A stretch of DNA of 61,631 nt, counting the filler. It is 5 parts of 5 records of this genome, joined end to end, with 100 filler letters (N's around TTAATTAATTAA, not from the genome) between each part and the next. Parts side by side here need not be neighbours in the genome. Positions count along the whole stretch, not along the records: positions 1 to 23,309 come from SRR22947727_2647; 4 more parts are not named here. One strand, written 5' to 3'. The notes under the pieces are model-generated. The model saw only the letters and a list, made by a program, of their open reading frames with translations, made no database searches and was not told where the DNA came from. This document shows positions 1-10,778 of the stretch, in pieces. The position numbers were made by a program, and so were the translations under genes. Positions within the stretch are counted from its first letter, which is position 1. Every line of letters starts with the position of its first letter.

Positions 1-29
1 AGTGCGCTACCAGGCTGCGCTACATCCCG
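1..29 (-). tRNA. tRNA-Pro, 5' part only (truncated by window edge)
   Basis: Reverse complement reads CGGGATGTAGCGCAGCCTGGTAGCGCACT, matching the acceptor 5' strand and D-arm typical of bacterial tRNA-Pro; the anticodon is outside the window. Confidence 0.85.
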
Positions 30-90
30 ATGATTTTATATATAGATTTAATATATAATATTTTTTTAACACTTCTGTAATCGACATATT

Positions 91-1863
91 ATGCCTAAAA
101 AAGAACTTTATATCTTAACTTTTTCCCTACTATTTAGCTTTGAAATAAGCGCTCAAAAAATTGATGACTTTGTATCTACATCATCAGGAAAAGTTCAAGG
201 ATATCTTGAGAATAAGGTTATAAATTATGATGATATTCCATATGCTAAGCCTCCAATTGGTGATTTAAGATGGAAAGCACCAAGGGAAATCTTAAATGTT
301 GATGGAGTAATTAAAAACCAAGACAATAATTTTTGTATTCAAGAACCATCATCCATGGGAGGAGCTCCAGGCGAGGGTATTCTCACAGGATCAGAAGATT
401 GTTTATATTTAGATATTAAAACTCCAAAAAAGAAATCTTCAGAGCTATTGCCTGTAATGTTTTGGATTCATGGAGGCGGGAATACTTCTGGTTTAAAAGA
501 TTTATATGATTACTCAACGATGGTAAATAGACATGATGTAATCGTTGTAACTATCAATTATAGGCTTGGGGCTTTTGGATGGTTTACTCATCCAAGCATT
601 CAGGGTAACCAGGAAGGACTTGATAAAGCTTCTAATTTTGGAACTCTAGACATCATCCAAGCATTAAAATGGGTAAATGAAAATATTGAATTATTTGGAG
701 GAGACTCAAATAACATAACCATTTTCGGAGAATCGGCAGGAGGGCATAATGTCTTATCTCTTATGGTGGCTCCTCAAGCAAAAGGTCTTTTCCAAAAGGC
801 TATCTCCCAATCTGGGTATACCACTTCAACATCAATACAGAGGGCTTTTGCAATAGAAGAATCACACCCAACATATGATCACACAAGCAATGAGGTTGTT
901 AAAAGGCTTATTGATAATCATGAAGATTTATCTTCAGGAGATATCTATAAAAAACTTTTAGAGCTTTCAGCGGAAGAGTTTTTTAGTGAATACTCCGACA
1001 AATCAAATCTTGAGGTACCTCTTTTAACAAATGATGGGATTGTTATTCCTTTAGAAGGTCTTGAAAAGGCTTTGAGTAACTCTAGGTATGTTAGTGACGT
1101 TCCCTTTATGGCTGGCTCTAACAGAGACGAAGTTAAGCTTTGGATTGGAACAGCTGAGTATTTCGTAAAACTCGATTATTCATTTTTTGGATCTATTTTG
1201 GGTATTCCTAGAGGCACTCTAAAAGATGAGGATGCATTTGAAGCATTTAATTATTATAGAAGCCAGGCCTGGAAGGTAAGAGGGGTAATTGAACCTATCT
1301 CATCGCTTAATAAAGTTGGAAGCAAGAATACTTATGCTTATAAGTTTGATTGGGATGATCACAGAAGATTTATTGTTGCTGACTTTAAGAAGCTTATAGG
1401 TGCATCACATGGCACTGAAATATCTCTAATAACTGGTAATAACAAACTTGTTGAGGGTTATGGTTTCTTAATATATCCAGCTGGTCCATCAAAAAGGTTT
1501 ATTTCAAAAAATATGATGCTTTTTTGGTCAAATTTTGCAAAAGATGGTAAGCCGGGGCCTTCTACTAACGGAATTAATTGGGACTCATACAATCATTCTG
1601 AAGGAGATAAAAATTTCATGATTCTTGATAACAAAAAAAATATGAAAATTGTAAATTTAGATACTTCATATAAGAGTCTTGTTGAAGAGCTAAATCTTGA
1701 TACAAGAGTAAGTGAGCTCGAAAGATGTGTAATCTTGTATCAAATGGGCACTTTTGTAGGCAATGATATCCTTGATGAAATAAGCAAACATGCTGATTTT
1801 TCATGCAAGAGGGAAGAGTCTAGAAAGTTTCTTGAAGAGAACGCTAGCTTTATAAGCTACTAA
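91..1863 (+). CDS. Type-B carboxylesterase/lipase with probable signal peptide
   Basis: IPYAKPPIGDLRWKAP, SEDCLYL, WIHGGG and FGGDSNNITIFGESAGG (catalytic Ser) motifs; hydrophobic N-terminus. Confidence 0.9.
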   Translation: MPKKELYILTFSLLFSFEISAQKIDDFVSTSSGKVQGYLENKVINYDDIPYAKPPIGDLRWKAPREILNVDGVIKNQDNNFCIQEPSSMGGAPGEGILTGSEDCLYLDIKTPKKKSSELLPVMFWIHGGGNTSGLKDLYDYSTMVNRHDVIVVTINYRLGAFGWFTHPSIQGNQEGLDKASNFGTLDIIQALKWVNENIELFGGDSNNITIFGESAGGHNVLSLMVAPQAKGLFQKAISQSGYTTSTSIQRAFAIEESHPTYDHTSNEVVKRLIDNHEDLSSGDIYKKLLELSAEEFFSEYSDKSNLEVPLLTNDGIVIPLEGLEKALSNSRYVSDVPFMAGSNRDEVKLWIGTAEYFVKLDYSFFGSILGIPRGTLKDEDAFEAFNYYRSQAWKVRGVIEPISSLNKVGSKNTYAYKFDWDDHRRFIVADFKKLIGASHGTEISLITGNNKLVEGYGFLIYPAGPSKRFISKNMMLFWSNFAKDGKPGPSTNGINWDSYNHSEGDKNFMILDNKKNMKIVNLDTSYKSLVEELNLDTRVSELERCVILYQMGTFVGNDILDEISKHADFSCKREESRKFLEENASFISY

Positions 1864-1866
1864 GCC

Positions 1867-2307
1867 TTATATATTTTTTACCTGATCTTTTAACTTTAAG
1901 ACTTTCATGTCTTTAATTCTTATCATGTCAGCAATTCTTCGAATCAATCTTTCTTCATCTACATCTAACACATTGTCAGCGTAAGCAGTCTGCCATAAAA
2001 ATTCTATCATTTGTATTTTTTGATCTTGTGAGAAGTTATCATTTATTTGATTTATAAAATCATTAAATGAAATAGATTCATTGCTTTGTTCTTCGATTGC
2101 ACGAAGCACCTCTTCCGAATTTAAACCAAGCTCATTAGATTTATTTTCAACCTCAGACTTAATTTTATTTAACTCATTTGCATCAATTGCTCCATCAGCC
2201 TTGGCAACCTCATAGGCAAGAGCACACCCCACCAATTCAAAATTAAACTCAACACTATCATTATTATCAAGATTATCTATAGATTTTTTTTTGAAGAAAT
2301 TAAACAT
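1867..2307 (-). CDS. TerB-family (tellurite-resistance-like) protein
   Basis: EVAKADG...E and LWQTAYADNVLDVDEERLIRRIADM metal-binding helices typical of TerB. Confidence 0.8.
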   Translation of the reverse strand: MFNFFKKKSIDNLDNNDSVEFNFELVGCALAYEVAKADGAIDANELNKIKSEVENKSNELGLNSEEVLRAIEEQSNESISFNDFINQINDNFSQDQKIQMIEFLWQTAYADNVLDVDEERLIRRIADMIRIKDMKVLKLKDQVKNI

Positions 2308-3367
2308 TTTTTACTCCATCTTTTATTCTTATATTTTCATAATAATATGCAAAGAAATAGTATATACCAGCAAACGTTACGAAGAGTATGAATGAAACCT
2401 GTGCTGAATAAAACTTCTCTATTAATAGGGCAAAAGAACCCAAGAAAAAACAAATTAAAAGTATTATTAATAAGGTTCCCTCTGGGCTGAACCTATTCAT
2501 TAATTTATGGTGAATGTGATCGCGGCCAGGAGTTGCCCAGCTTATACCTCTAGATCTTCTTGAAATAATTAATCCCAAACAATCAAGCAGAGGTATTGCA
2601 ACAAACCAAATCATAGTCATGGGCTGTATTTCATAAATAGTACTTTGAGATGCATAAACTGCCGACCATGCGACCCAAAATCCAATCATATTAGATCCAT
2701 GATCTCCTAAAAAAACAGCTCTTTTTTTACCTACAATTCTTAAATTAAAAAAAAGAAAACCTATCATCGAACCAATCAGCAAAACTAACATAGAGTCATA
2801 TATCAAGCCAGAAGAGAACCCAATAAATAATAAAGCAACCATTGCACATCCCGAGCAAAGACCATTAATACCATCTATCATATTAAACGCATTCATTATT
2901 CCAACAACACAGAACACTGTAAAAGGAATGCTAAAAAGGCCCAACTCAAGATCTCCAAAGCCAAGAATGTTTCCTAGATTAGAAATATAGGTATCTGTTG
3001 AAAAAATCATGAATAATGTAAGAGCACTTTGAATACCTAATCTTAAGTATGCTTTTAGCCCTTTAAAATCATCAAAAAGAAACAAGGCAACAAGAATGGT
3101 TGATGCAATCATTAAGTTGAAAGTGAAGAGTGGAACATATCCACTCAAGCCATTAAAATCGACATATAATTTTCCTGAAATAAGTGCAGCAATAATAATG
3201 CTTATACCCCCAGTAAGAGGAGTGGCTCTTTTATGAAATTTTCTACTTTTATCTGGAATATCTACTAAGATTTTATTTGATTTAGCAATATTTCTTAAGA
3301 TCATATTAATAGCGAATGAGGCTATAATACTTAATATCAAATAATCTATAATTATATTTAAATTCAT
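2300..3367 (-). CDS. WecA/MraY-family undecaprenyl-phosphate GlcNAc-1-P transferase
   Basis: DIPDKSRKFH...PLTGG, DD, NAFNMIDGINGL, FLGDHGS and HIHH motifs; multi-pass membrane protein. Confidence 0.88.
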   Translation of the reverse strand: MNLNIIIDYLILSIIASFAINMILRNIAKSNKILVDIPDKSRKFHKRATPLTGGISIIIAALISGKLYVDFNGLSGYVPLFTFNLMIASTILVALFLFDDFKGLKAYLRLGIQSALTLFMIFSTDTYISNLGNILGFGDLELGLFSIPFTVFCVVGIMNAFNMIDGINGLCSGCAMVALLFIGFSSGLIYDSMLVLLIGSMIGFLFFNLRIVGKKRAVFLGDHGSNMIGFWVAWSAVYASQSTIYEIQPMTMIWFVAIPLLDCLGLIISRRSRGISWATPGRDHIHHKLMNRFSPEGTLLIILLICFFLGSFALLIEKFYSAQVSFILFVTFAGIYYFFAYYYENIRIKDGVKNV

Positions 3368-3382
3368 ATTGAGCTATTACCT

Positions 3383-4510
3383 ATGAAAAAACTATCTTCT
3401 TTAATATTAAACAAAAAATGTTTATTAATTATACATTTTATTTTCTTCTCAACCAATACGGTTGGACAAGATCATTATAATGGTTTAAATGTACCAGAAG
3501 GTTTTCATGTTGAATTATTTGCTTCTGATGTTCTTGCTCCAAGACAAATGGCTGAAGGGGAAGACTTTATATTTGTTAGCGGAATAAAGGGACAAATATT
3601 TGCTTTGAATAAAGAAAATCCAAAACAGAAAATTTTACTGGCTTCTGATTTAAATAATTCTAGAGGCGTTGCATTGAAAGAGGGCGACCTTTATTTTGCA
3701 GAGGTTGATAAGATTTGGATAATAAGAGATGTTGAGAGGCTCTTAAATTCTGAGCTAGATCAACCATTAAGCAAAGAGTTGTTTAATGATGACTTGCCAA
3801 GTGATGCATGGCATGGCGGCAAATGGATTAAATTTGGCTCTGATGGAAACCTTTACACAAATGTTGGGGCGCCTTGTAATATTTGTGATGATGGATTCAC
3901 TAAAGATAAAAGGTACGCATCTATTATAAAACTTGAAGGTAATTCTTGGAAAACAGTAGCTAGAGGTGTGAGGAATAGTGTTGGCTTTGATTGGCACCCC
4001 AAAACAGACAAACTTTATTTTGGTGACAACGGAAGAGATTGGCTTGGTGATAATTCACCATCATGTGAATTAAATATCCTAGAAAAAGAAGATACATTTT
4101 TTGGTTTTCCTTTTTTGCATGCAACAAGCATTGTCGATCCTGAATTTGGAGATGATATTAAAAAGCTTGATGAAGAAATAGTCTTACCAGTTTTAGAGAT
4201 TGGAGCCCATGTTGCTCCAACAGGTGTTTCATTTTATGACGGTTCTGAATTTCCAGAAAAGTATCAAAATACGCTATTTATGGCATTGCATGGTTCTTGG
4301 AATAGGTCTGAGAAATCTGGCTATAAGGTATTAGCTGTTCATACTGACGAAAAGGGAAATATTATTGGAACAACTGATTTTTTATCAGGATTTCTTGAAG
4401 GTCAGAAATCTTGGGGTAGACCCTCTGCACCATTAGCATTAAGAGATGGTTCTTTGTTAGTATCTGATGATAAGCATAATGCTATATATAGAATTACATA
4501 CAAAAAATAA
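3383..4510 (+). CDS. PQQ-dependent sugar/sorbosone dehydrogenase family protein
   Basis: VPEGFHVELFA, HGGKWIKFGSDG, GAPCNIC, ARGVRNSVGFDWHP, HVAPTG, HGSWNRS and DGSLLVSDD. Confidence 0.85.
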   Translation: MKKLSSLILNKKCLLIIHFIFFSTNTVGQDHYNGLNVPEGFHVELFASDVLAPRQMAEGEDFIFVSGIKGQIFALNKENPKQKILLASDLNNSRGVALKEGDLYFAEVDKIWIIRDVERLLNSELDQPLSKELFNDDLPSDAWHGGKWIKFGSDGNLYTNVGAPCNICDDGFTKDKRYASIIKLEGNSWKTVARGVRNSVGFDWHPKTDKLYFGDNGRDWLGDNSPSCELNILEKEDTFFGFPFLHATSIVDPEFGDDIKKLDEEIVLPVLEIGAHVAPTGVSFYDGSEFPEKYQNTLFMALHGSWNRSEKSGYKVLAVHTDEKGNIIGTTDFLSGFLEGQKSWGRPSAPLALRDGSLLVSDDKHNAIYRITYKK

Positions 4511-5256
4511 TGATAGATATTTTAATTAACTTAAATTTAGCAAAATCAGCAGCCTTAGAAGCTGGAAAAATATTAATAAATTCCAAAACTAATTTAAATA
4601 TAGAAAATACCTCTGATGGAAAAGATATTAAGCTTAAAGCAGATATTGAAGCTGAAGAATTTATTAAGAGGCATATTTCCAGTAAATCTAATCTTCCAAT
4701 GTTGGGCGAGGAAACCGGAAAATCTGTTGAGGATCTAGGTAAAAGTTTTTGGGTTATTGACCCTTTAGATGGAACGGCTAACTATTCAAGAGGAATACCT
4801 ATTTGCTGTGTATCAATTGCTCTTATTCATGATATGCAACCAGTTATAGGTGTTATCTATGATTTTAATAATGAAGATCTGTATGAGGGCTCTCTTAACT
4901 CTTCTGCATGCTTGAATGGTGAGGCGATAGAAGTTAATAATAATACAGATGAAAAAGAATCCATTTTGCTAACTGGACTACCTCTACTAACAGACTATTC
5001 TGATAGTGCATTGGTTGCTATGACAAAGGATTTTCAAAAATGGAAGAAAATTAGAATGATTGGATCTGCTGCAATGGCATCTGCTTATGTTGCATCAGGA
5101 AAAGCAGATATGTATAAGGAATCTGGTGCATTTTTATGGGATGTTGCAGCTGGAGCAGCAATAATAAATGCTGCAAATGGAGAAGCTCTTATTACAAATC
5201 AAAAGGATAACTATCAAGTTGATGTTGCTTTTACTAACAAAAATCTAAATAAATGA
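4510..5256 (+). CDS. Inositol monophosphatase family protein
   Basis: LGEE, WVIDPLDGTANY, GSAA and WDVAAG motifs. Confidence 0.9.
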   Translation: MIDILINLNLAKSAALEAGKILINSKTNLNIENTSDGKDIKLKADIEAEEFIKRHISSKSNLPMLGEETGKSVEDLGKSFWVIDPLDGTANYSRGIPICCVSIALIHDMQPVIGVIYDFNNEDLYEGSLNSSACLNGEAIEVNNNTDEKESILLTGLPLLTDYSDSALVAMTKDFQKWKKIRMIGSAAMASAYVASGKADMYKESGAFLWDVAAGAAIINAANGEALITNQKDNYQVDVAFTNKNLNK

Positions 5257-6668
5257 AAGGTTTAGTCTGGCTTAGAACCGACCTTAGAATGGATGATAAC
5301 CCAGCTCTTAGAAATGCTTTTATTGAATGTGATGAGATAGTTTGCCTTTATTTTTATTCATCCAAGCAACTCGACCTTCATAGTCAAGCCAACGTAAAAG
5401 TAGACTTTTTAAAAAGAAACCTAGGCAATCTTCAAAGTAATTTAAAAAATGTTAATGTTAATTTGTGGATTGTTGATTCTATAGGTTTTGATGGCGAGGC
5501 AGATAAACTTAAAGAAATAGTAGAACTTAATAATATTGATAAAGTTTATACCAACTCTCAGTTTGGAATAGATGAAAATGTTCGAGATGAAGGCGTTAGG
5601 TCCTCTTTGAGCAAGATATCAGTAGATTATCAATCATTTAATGATCAAATTATTTATGAACCAGGTTTTTTAAAAACAGGTCAAGGTAATCCATTTTCTG
5701 TATTTACTCCTTTCAAAAGAAGATGGGTTGAAAATTTCGATATGAAGTTTTTAGATTTTGATTTTAATTATGTTACAAAAGAGAAAAATGCATTCTCAAA
5801 TAAACCTGAGTTATCTGATCTTAATTTTAATGTTACTCATGATGTAGATATGAGTATCTGGCCTGAAGGAGAGTCAGCAGCACTTGAAAGGCTAAAAGAT
5901 TTTCTTAACTCAAAAGCTGAAAGATACTCTGAAGATAGAAATGATCCAATTATAGATGGGACGAGCAGGATCTCTCCATATTTAGCTTTGGGTATTATTT
6001 CTTCTAAAAGATGTATTCTTGAAGCTTTAAAACTAAATAATTTTGAGTTTACATCTGGCAATAAGGGCTATACAAAGTGGATTGATGAGATTGTTTGGAG
6101 AGAATTTTATAGAAATATAATGCATTCGTTTCCAAAGGTTAGCAAGGGGATGCCTTTTCAAGATTATACAAAAAAAATAATTTGGAGATTTGATCAAAAT
6201 GAGTTTGATGCCTGGAAAAATGGTATGACAGGTTTCCCTATTATTGATGCTGCTATGAGGCAGCTTAAACATGAAGGCTGGATGCATAATCGCCTTAGAA
6301 TGATTACTGCAATGTTTTTCACTAAAAATATGCTTCATGATTGGAGGCTTGGAGAAAAGTTCTTTATGGAAAGTTTAATAGATGGAGATTTTGCCTCTAA
6401 CAATGGTGGGTGGCAATGGAGTAGCTCTACAGGAACAGATGCAGCTCCATATTTTAGGATTTTTAATCCAATAACTCAGTCTACAAATTTTGATAAAGCA
6501 GGAGATTTTATTAGGAAATATGTTCCTGAGTTAAAAGACCTAGACGAGAAGGTTATTCATGATCCATCAATTTCTCTAAGGAGTCATTTGGGTTATCCTG
6601 AGCCTATATTAGACTTGAAACAATCTCGACTCAGAGCTATTGAAGCTTTCAAAGAGTCTAGAGAATAG
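5253..6668 (+). CDS. phrB: Deoxyribodipyrimidine (CPD class I) photolyase
   Basis: WLRTDLRMDDNPAL, TSRISPYLALG, WREFY, GWMHNRLRM, DGDFASNNGGWQW and APYFRIFNP. Confidence 0.92.
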   Translation: MKGLVWLRTDLRMDDNPALRNAFIECDEIVCLYFYSSKQLDLHSQANVKVDFLKRNLGNLQSNLKNVNVNLWIVDSIGFDGEADKLKEIVELNNIDKVYTNSQFGIDENVRDEGVRSSLSKISVDYQSFNDQIIYEPGFLKTGQGNPFSVFTPFKRRWVENFDMKFLDFDFNYVTKEKNAFSNKPELSDLNFNVTHDVDMSIWPEGESAALERLKDFLNSKAERYSEDRNDPIIDGTSRISPYLALGIISSKRCILEALKLNNFEFTSGNKGYTKWIDEIVWREFYRNIMHSFPKVSKGMPFQDYTKKIIWRFDQNEFDAWKNGMTGFPIIDAAMRQLKHEGWMHNRLRMITAMFFTKNMLHDWRLGEKFFMESLIDGDFASNNGGWQWSSSTGTDAAPYFRIFNPITQSTNFDKAGDFIRKYVPELKDLDEKVIHDPSISLRSHLGYPEPILDLKQSRLRAIEAFKESRE

Positions 6669-6721
6669 CTTTATCAAAAATTATAAAATACATATAATTA
6701 AGAAAATAGGAAAAAAATATT

Positions 6722-8146
6722 ATGAAAGATAAATTAGATTTTTATATCAATGGTGAGTGGGTAAGTTCATCCTCAGCTGAAACAATCGAAGTTGTTAATC
6801 CAGCTAATGAAGAGGTTATAGGCTCAATTGGCGCAGGCACCAAAGAAGACATAAATACTGCTGTTTCTGCAGCAAAAGAAGCCTTCAAAACATTCAGTAA
6901 AACAACTGCAAAAGAAAGAGCTAAATATATCCAATCTATTATCGAAATATACGAAAGAAGGATGGATGAAATAGCATCAACAATTACTGAAGAGATGGGC
7001 TCACCTTTATGGTTATCTCAAGTTGCTCAAGCAACTACTGGGATGAGTCATTTTAAAAGTACGCTCAAAGAGCTCGAGAGCTATGAGTTTGAAAAAAATT
7101 CAAATAACTATATCGAAAGAAAAGAAGCTATAGGGGTTGTTGGAATGATTACTCCTTGGAACTGGCCCATGAATCAAATGTGCACCAAAGTTGCCTCAGC
7201 TATTGCAGCAGGTTGTACTATGGTTTTAAAACCAAGTGAAATATCACCTTATTGTGGCATTTTATTAGCTGAAATTATTCATGAAGCCGGATTGCCAAAA
7301 GGCGTATTTAACTTAGTGAATGGTTATGGTCCTATTGTAGGAGCTGCTTTATCGGAGAGCCAAGATGTGGACATGATATCGATCACAGGCTCAACTAGAG
7401 CAGGTATAGCAGTAGCGCAAGCATCTGCGCCTTCAGTAAAAAGAGTCTCGCAGGAGCTTGGTGGCAAGTCTGCTAATATTGTTTTAGATGATGCAAATAT
7501 TGAAAAAGCAGTCGCCTCAGGAGTGGCTCAATGTTTTTTAAATACAGGTCAAACCTGTACCGCACCTACTAGGATGTTGGTTTCTGCAGCAAATTATGAC
7601 AAAGCAATTGAGATTGCTAAATCTGTTGCTGAAAAAACTTCCGCCGGTGATCCGCTAGATGAAAACTCAAGAATGGGCCCAATATCAAACAAAGCTCAAT
7701 ATGAAAAAGTTATAAGAATGATTCAAATTGGTATTGATGAGGGTGCTACTCTTGTAGCAGGCGGGACAGAACTTCCGGAGGGTTTGGATAAAGGTTTCTA
7801 TGTAAAGCCAACAGTATTTGCTAATGTTACTAACGATATGACTATTGCAAGAGAAGAGGTTTTTGGACCTGTTCTTTGCATACTTAAATATGAAACTGAA
7901 GAGGAGGCTATAGAAATTGCTAATGATACAGATTACGGCTTAGCTGGATATGTCCAAGGTGAAGTCTCTCATGCACAAGAAGTTGCAAGACATATTAGAG
8001 CAGGGCAAATTACTATCAATGGTGGTAATAGAGAAAATGCTGCTCCATTTGGTGGCTACAAAGCATCAGGTAATGGAAGAGAGCACGGACTTCATGGGTT
8101 AGAAGACTACCTTGAAACAAAGGCTTTAATAAGCCCTTTAGGTTAG
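6722..8146 (+). CDS. Aldehyde dehydrogenase
   Basis: ITPWNWP, LKPSE, ITGST, ELGGKS, NTGQTC (catalytic Cys), EEVFGP and PFGGYKASG. Confidence 0.92.
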   Translation: MKDKLDFYINGEWVSSSSAETIEVVNPANEEVIGSIGAGTKEDINTAVSAAKEAFKTFSKTTAKERAKYIQSIIEIYERRMDEIASTITEEMGSPLWLSQVAQATTGMSHFKSTLKELESYEFEKNSNNYIERKEAIGVVGMITPWNWPMNQMCTKVASAIAAGCTMVLKPSEISPYCGILLAEIIHEAGLPKGVFNLVNGYGPIVGAALSESQDVDMISITGSTRAGIAVAQASAPSVKRVSQELGGKSANIVLDDANIEKAVASGVAQCFLNTGQTCTAPTRMLVSAANYDKAIEIAKSVAEKTSAGDPLDENSRMGPISNKAQYEKVIRMIQIGIDEGATLVAGGTELPEGLDKGFYVKPTVFANVTNDMTIAREEVFGPVLCILKYETEEEAIEIANDTDYGLAGYVQGEVSHAQEVARHIRAGQITINGGNRENAAPFGGYKASGNGREHGLHGLEDYLETKALISPLG

Positions 8147-8952
8147 TCTAATAAATCAGGTTCTTTCTTAACAATCATATCGAAGGCAGGCTGAAAGCTT
8201 GCCCAAGCAGCTAAATCGTTGGAAATATATTCCCTAGTCTTGATTGCAGTCTCATGAGGAATAATAATTGGATCTCCAGCAGCTTCAGCCATTAGTTGAG
8301 CTTGGCAGCACCTTTCCATAGAAGTATAAAACCACAAGGCTATATCAACTGATGGGCCGGTAGTTAGTATTCCATGGTTTTGAAGAATAATAACTTTTTT
8401 ATCTCCAAGAGCTTCGGCTATTAAATCCCCTTCTTCTACTTCCTCAACCACTCCTGAGAAATCACTATAGAGAGCTTGTTGTTCATAAAATGCACAGGCA
8501 TCTTGAGATATGGGATCTAAAAATTTACCTAATGTTGAAAAAGTTCTCCCTTGGATAGAATGCGAGTGAGCCGCAGCGTTAACATCCGGTCTTGCTTTAT
8601 GTAACCTAGAATGAATTGCAAAGGCAGCAACATTAACATCTCTATCACCTTGAACCACATCACCATCATGATTTACAAGAATTAAATCAGACACCGAAAT
8701 TTGTGAAAAATGAACACCCAATGGATTGACCCAGAAGTGATCAGGAAATTCGGGATCTCTTAAAGTAATATGTCCTGCTACACCTTCATTAAAGCCACAA
8801 TGAGCAAAAAATCTAAACCCTGCAGCTAATTTCTCCAATTGATCTCTTCTAACCTCAGCAACATTAGCAAATTCTTTCATTTCAAGACCTTTCTTTTTCA
8901 AAGGAAGTCTTCCATCAGTTAGGCTAATTTTTATAGGTGTAACATTTGACAT
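8143..8952 (-). CDS. Class II aldolase/adducin-family protein
   Basis: EGVAGHIT, AFAIHSRLH, AAHSHS and LQNHG zinc motifs. Start moved to ATG 8952 (MSNVTP), which has a GGAG RBS; the longer ORF overlaps fumC. Confidence 0.88.
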   Translation of the reverse strand: MSNVTPIKISLTDGRLPLKKKGLEMKEFANVAEVRRDQLEKLAAGFRFFAHCGFNEGVAGHITLRDPEFPDHFWVNPLGVHFSQISVSDLILVNHDGDVVQGDRDVNVAAFAIHSRLHKARPDVNAAAHSHSIQGRTFSTLGKFLDPISQDACAFYEQQALYSDFSGVVEEVEEGDLIAEALGDKKVIILQNHGILTTGPSVDIALWFYTSMERCCQAQLMAEAAGDPIIIPHETAIKTREYISNDLAAWASFQPAFDMIVKKEPDLLD

Positions 8953-9011
8953 TCTTTTCTCCACGAAATAACTTTGAGTGATAAAATAGCTTATCAAATA
9001 TTGGTTTAAAT

Positions 9012-10400
9012 ATGAAATATAGAATCGAAAAAGATAGTCTTGGTGATGTAAAGGTTCCAGCAGATGCTTTATGGGGTGCGCAAACCCAAAGAGCACTCGA
9101 GAACTTTAAAATTAGCGGGATTAAGTTCACTTTTCCATTTGGAAGGTCGTTTATTGAAGCTTTAGGCGTTATTAAATATTCCGCTGCTTCATCTAACCAA
9201 AAATTAAAATTACTAAGTGCAAAAAAAGCTAATGCTATTAAAGCTGCATCCAAAGCAGTTATTAAAGGAGACCATGACGATTCTTTCCCTTTGGATGTAT
9301 TCCAAACTGGTTCTGGCACAAGCACAAATATGAATGCGAATGAGGTTATTGCAAATGTAGCTTCTACAAAATCAAAAGCAGTTATTGGTGCAAATGATGA
9401 TGTGAATATGAGTCAAAGCTCTAATGATGTAATACCAACAGCAATATGCATAAGTTCTTTGTTAGATATGGAGAGGTTATTACTTCCTAATTTAGACATT
9501 CTGATTGATGCGATTGATTTGAAAATGAAAGAAGTTAAAGGTAGCGTTAAAACTGGAAGAACCCATTTAATGGATGCAATGCCAATTGATTTTTCTCAAG
9601 AGCTGTCTGGCTGGAAAGCTCAATTAACAAGCTCTAAAAAATCCTTAAAGGCAGCTACAGCAAGAATGCTTGAGCTTCCTCAGGGCGGGACTGCTATTGG
9701 TACAGGCATAAATACACATAAAGATTTTTCAAAATATTTTTGCAGTGAGGTAAATACTTTAACCGGTCTTAAAACTAGACAAGCTAAGAATTTTTTTCAA
9801 GGTTTAAGCTCTGTTGATAATGCGGTTGAGCTCTCCTCAGCAATTAAAAACCTTAGCGTCGTGCTAATGAAAATTTCTAACGATTTAAGATGGATGAACA
9901 GTGGACCATTAACTGGTTTGTCTGAAATTGAATTAGAAGCACTCCAGCCAGGAAGCAGCATAATGCCTGGAAAAGTAAATCCGGTCATACCAGAGGCAGT
10001 AGCCATGGCTTGTGCTGATGTTATTGGTAACGATACAACTATCACCATTGCAGGACAAAGTGGTAATTTTCAATTAAATGTAATGCTTCCAGTAGTTGCA
10101 TATAATTTACTTAAAAGTATTACTTTAATGGCAAACTCAATGCCGCTACTTGCAAACAAAGCAATCAAAACATTTAAAGTGAGTACTGCAAATATCGAGG
10201 AGTCTTTATCAAAAAATCCTATTCTAGTAACTGCATTAAATAGAAAGATCGGTTATATAAAAGCCGCAGCTGTTGCTAAAAAAGCCTATAAAGAAAAGAG
10301 ATCTATTATTGATGTGGCGCATGAGGAAACAGGCATTAGTTTGAATGAGCTTGCTAAATTACTAGATCCATCAAAATTAACTAAAGGCGGTATAAGCTAA
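9012..10400 (+). CDS. fumC: Class II fumarate hydratase
   Basis: WGAQTQRA, FQTGSGTSTNMNANEV, KTGRTHLMDA and GSSIMPGKVNP signature. Confidence 0.88.
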   Translation: MKYRIEKDSLGDVKVPADALWGAQTQRALENFKISGIKFTFPFGRSFIEALGVIKYSAASSNQKLKLLSAKKANAIKAASKAVIKGDHDDSFPLDVFQTGSGTSTNMNANEVIANVASTKSKAVIGANDDVNMSQSSNDVIPTAICISSLLDMERLLLPNLDILIDAIDLKMKEVKGSVKTGRTHLMDAMPIDFSQELSGWKAQLTSSKKSLKAATARMLELPQGGTAIGTGINTHKDFSKYFCSEVNTLTGLKTRQAKNFFQGLSSVDNAVELSSAIKNLSVVLMKISNDLRWMNSGPLTGLSEIELEALQPGSSIMPGKVNPVIPEAVAMACADVIGNDTTITIAGQSGNFQLNVMLPVVAYNLLKSITLMANSMPLLANKAIKTFKVSTANIEESLSKNPILVTALNRKIGYIKAAAVAKKAYKEKRSIIDVAHEETGISLNELAKLLDPSKLTKGGIS

Positions 10401-10739
10401 ATGGCAGACTTATGTGATTTATCCTGTGAAGCCTGCAGAGCTGATGCTCCAACAGTAAGCCCTGAGGATCAAGAGCTTTTATTAAATGATATTGAAGGGT
10501 GGTCAATTAATACAGACCCTTGCGATATGCTTGTAAAAAAGTTTAATTTTGATGATTATGAAAGCGCCTTATCATTCACCAACGCTGTAGCAGAAATGGC
10601 TGAAGATGAAGGCCATCATCCCAAGCTTATTCTTGAATGGGGATTGGTTTATGTTAGCTGGTGGTCTCATAAAATTAATGGGTTACATAAAAATGATTTC
10701 ATTTGCGCCTCAAAAACAGATCTTTTATACAAATCTTAA
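10401..10739 (+). CDS. phhB: Pterin-4-alpha-carbinolamine dehydratase
   Basis: CEAC N-terminus, AEDEGHHP and WWSHKINGLHKNDFICASK. Confidence 0.88.
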   Translation: MADLCDLSCEACRADAPTVSPEDQELLLNDIEGWSINTDPCDMLVKKFNFDDYESALSFTNAVAEMAEDEGHHPKLILEWGLVYVSWWSHKINGLHKNDFICASKTDLLYKS

Positions 10740-10778
10740 TTCTTATTCAATCATTCATACCCTAGGAGCATTTAAGCA

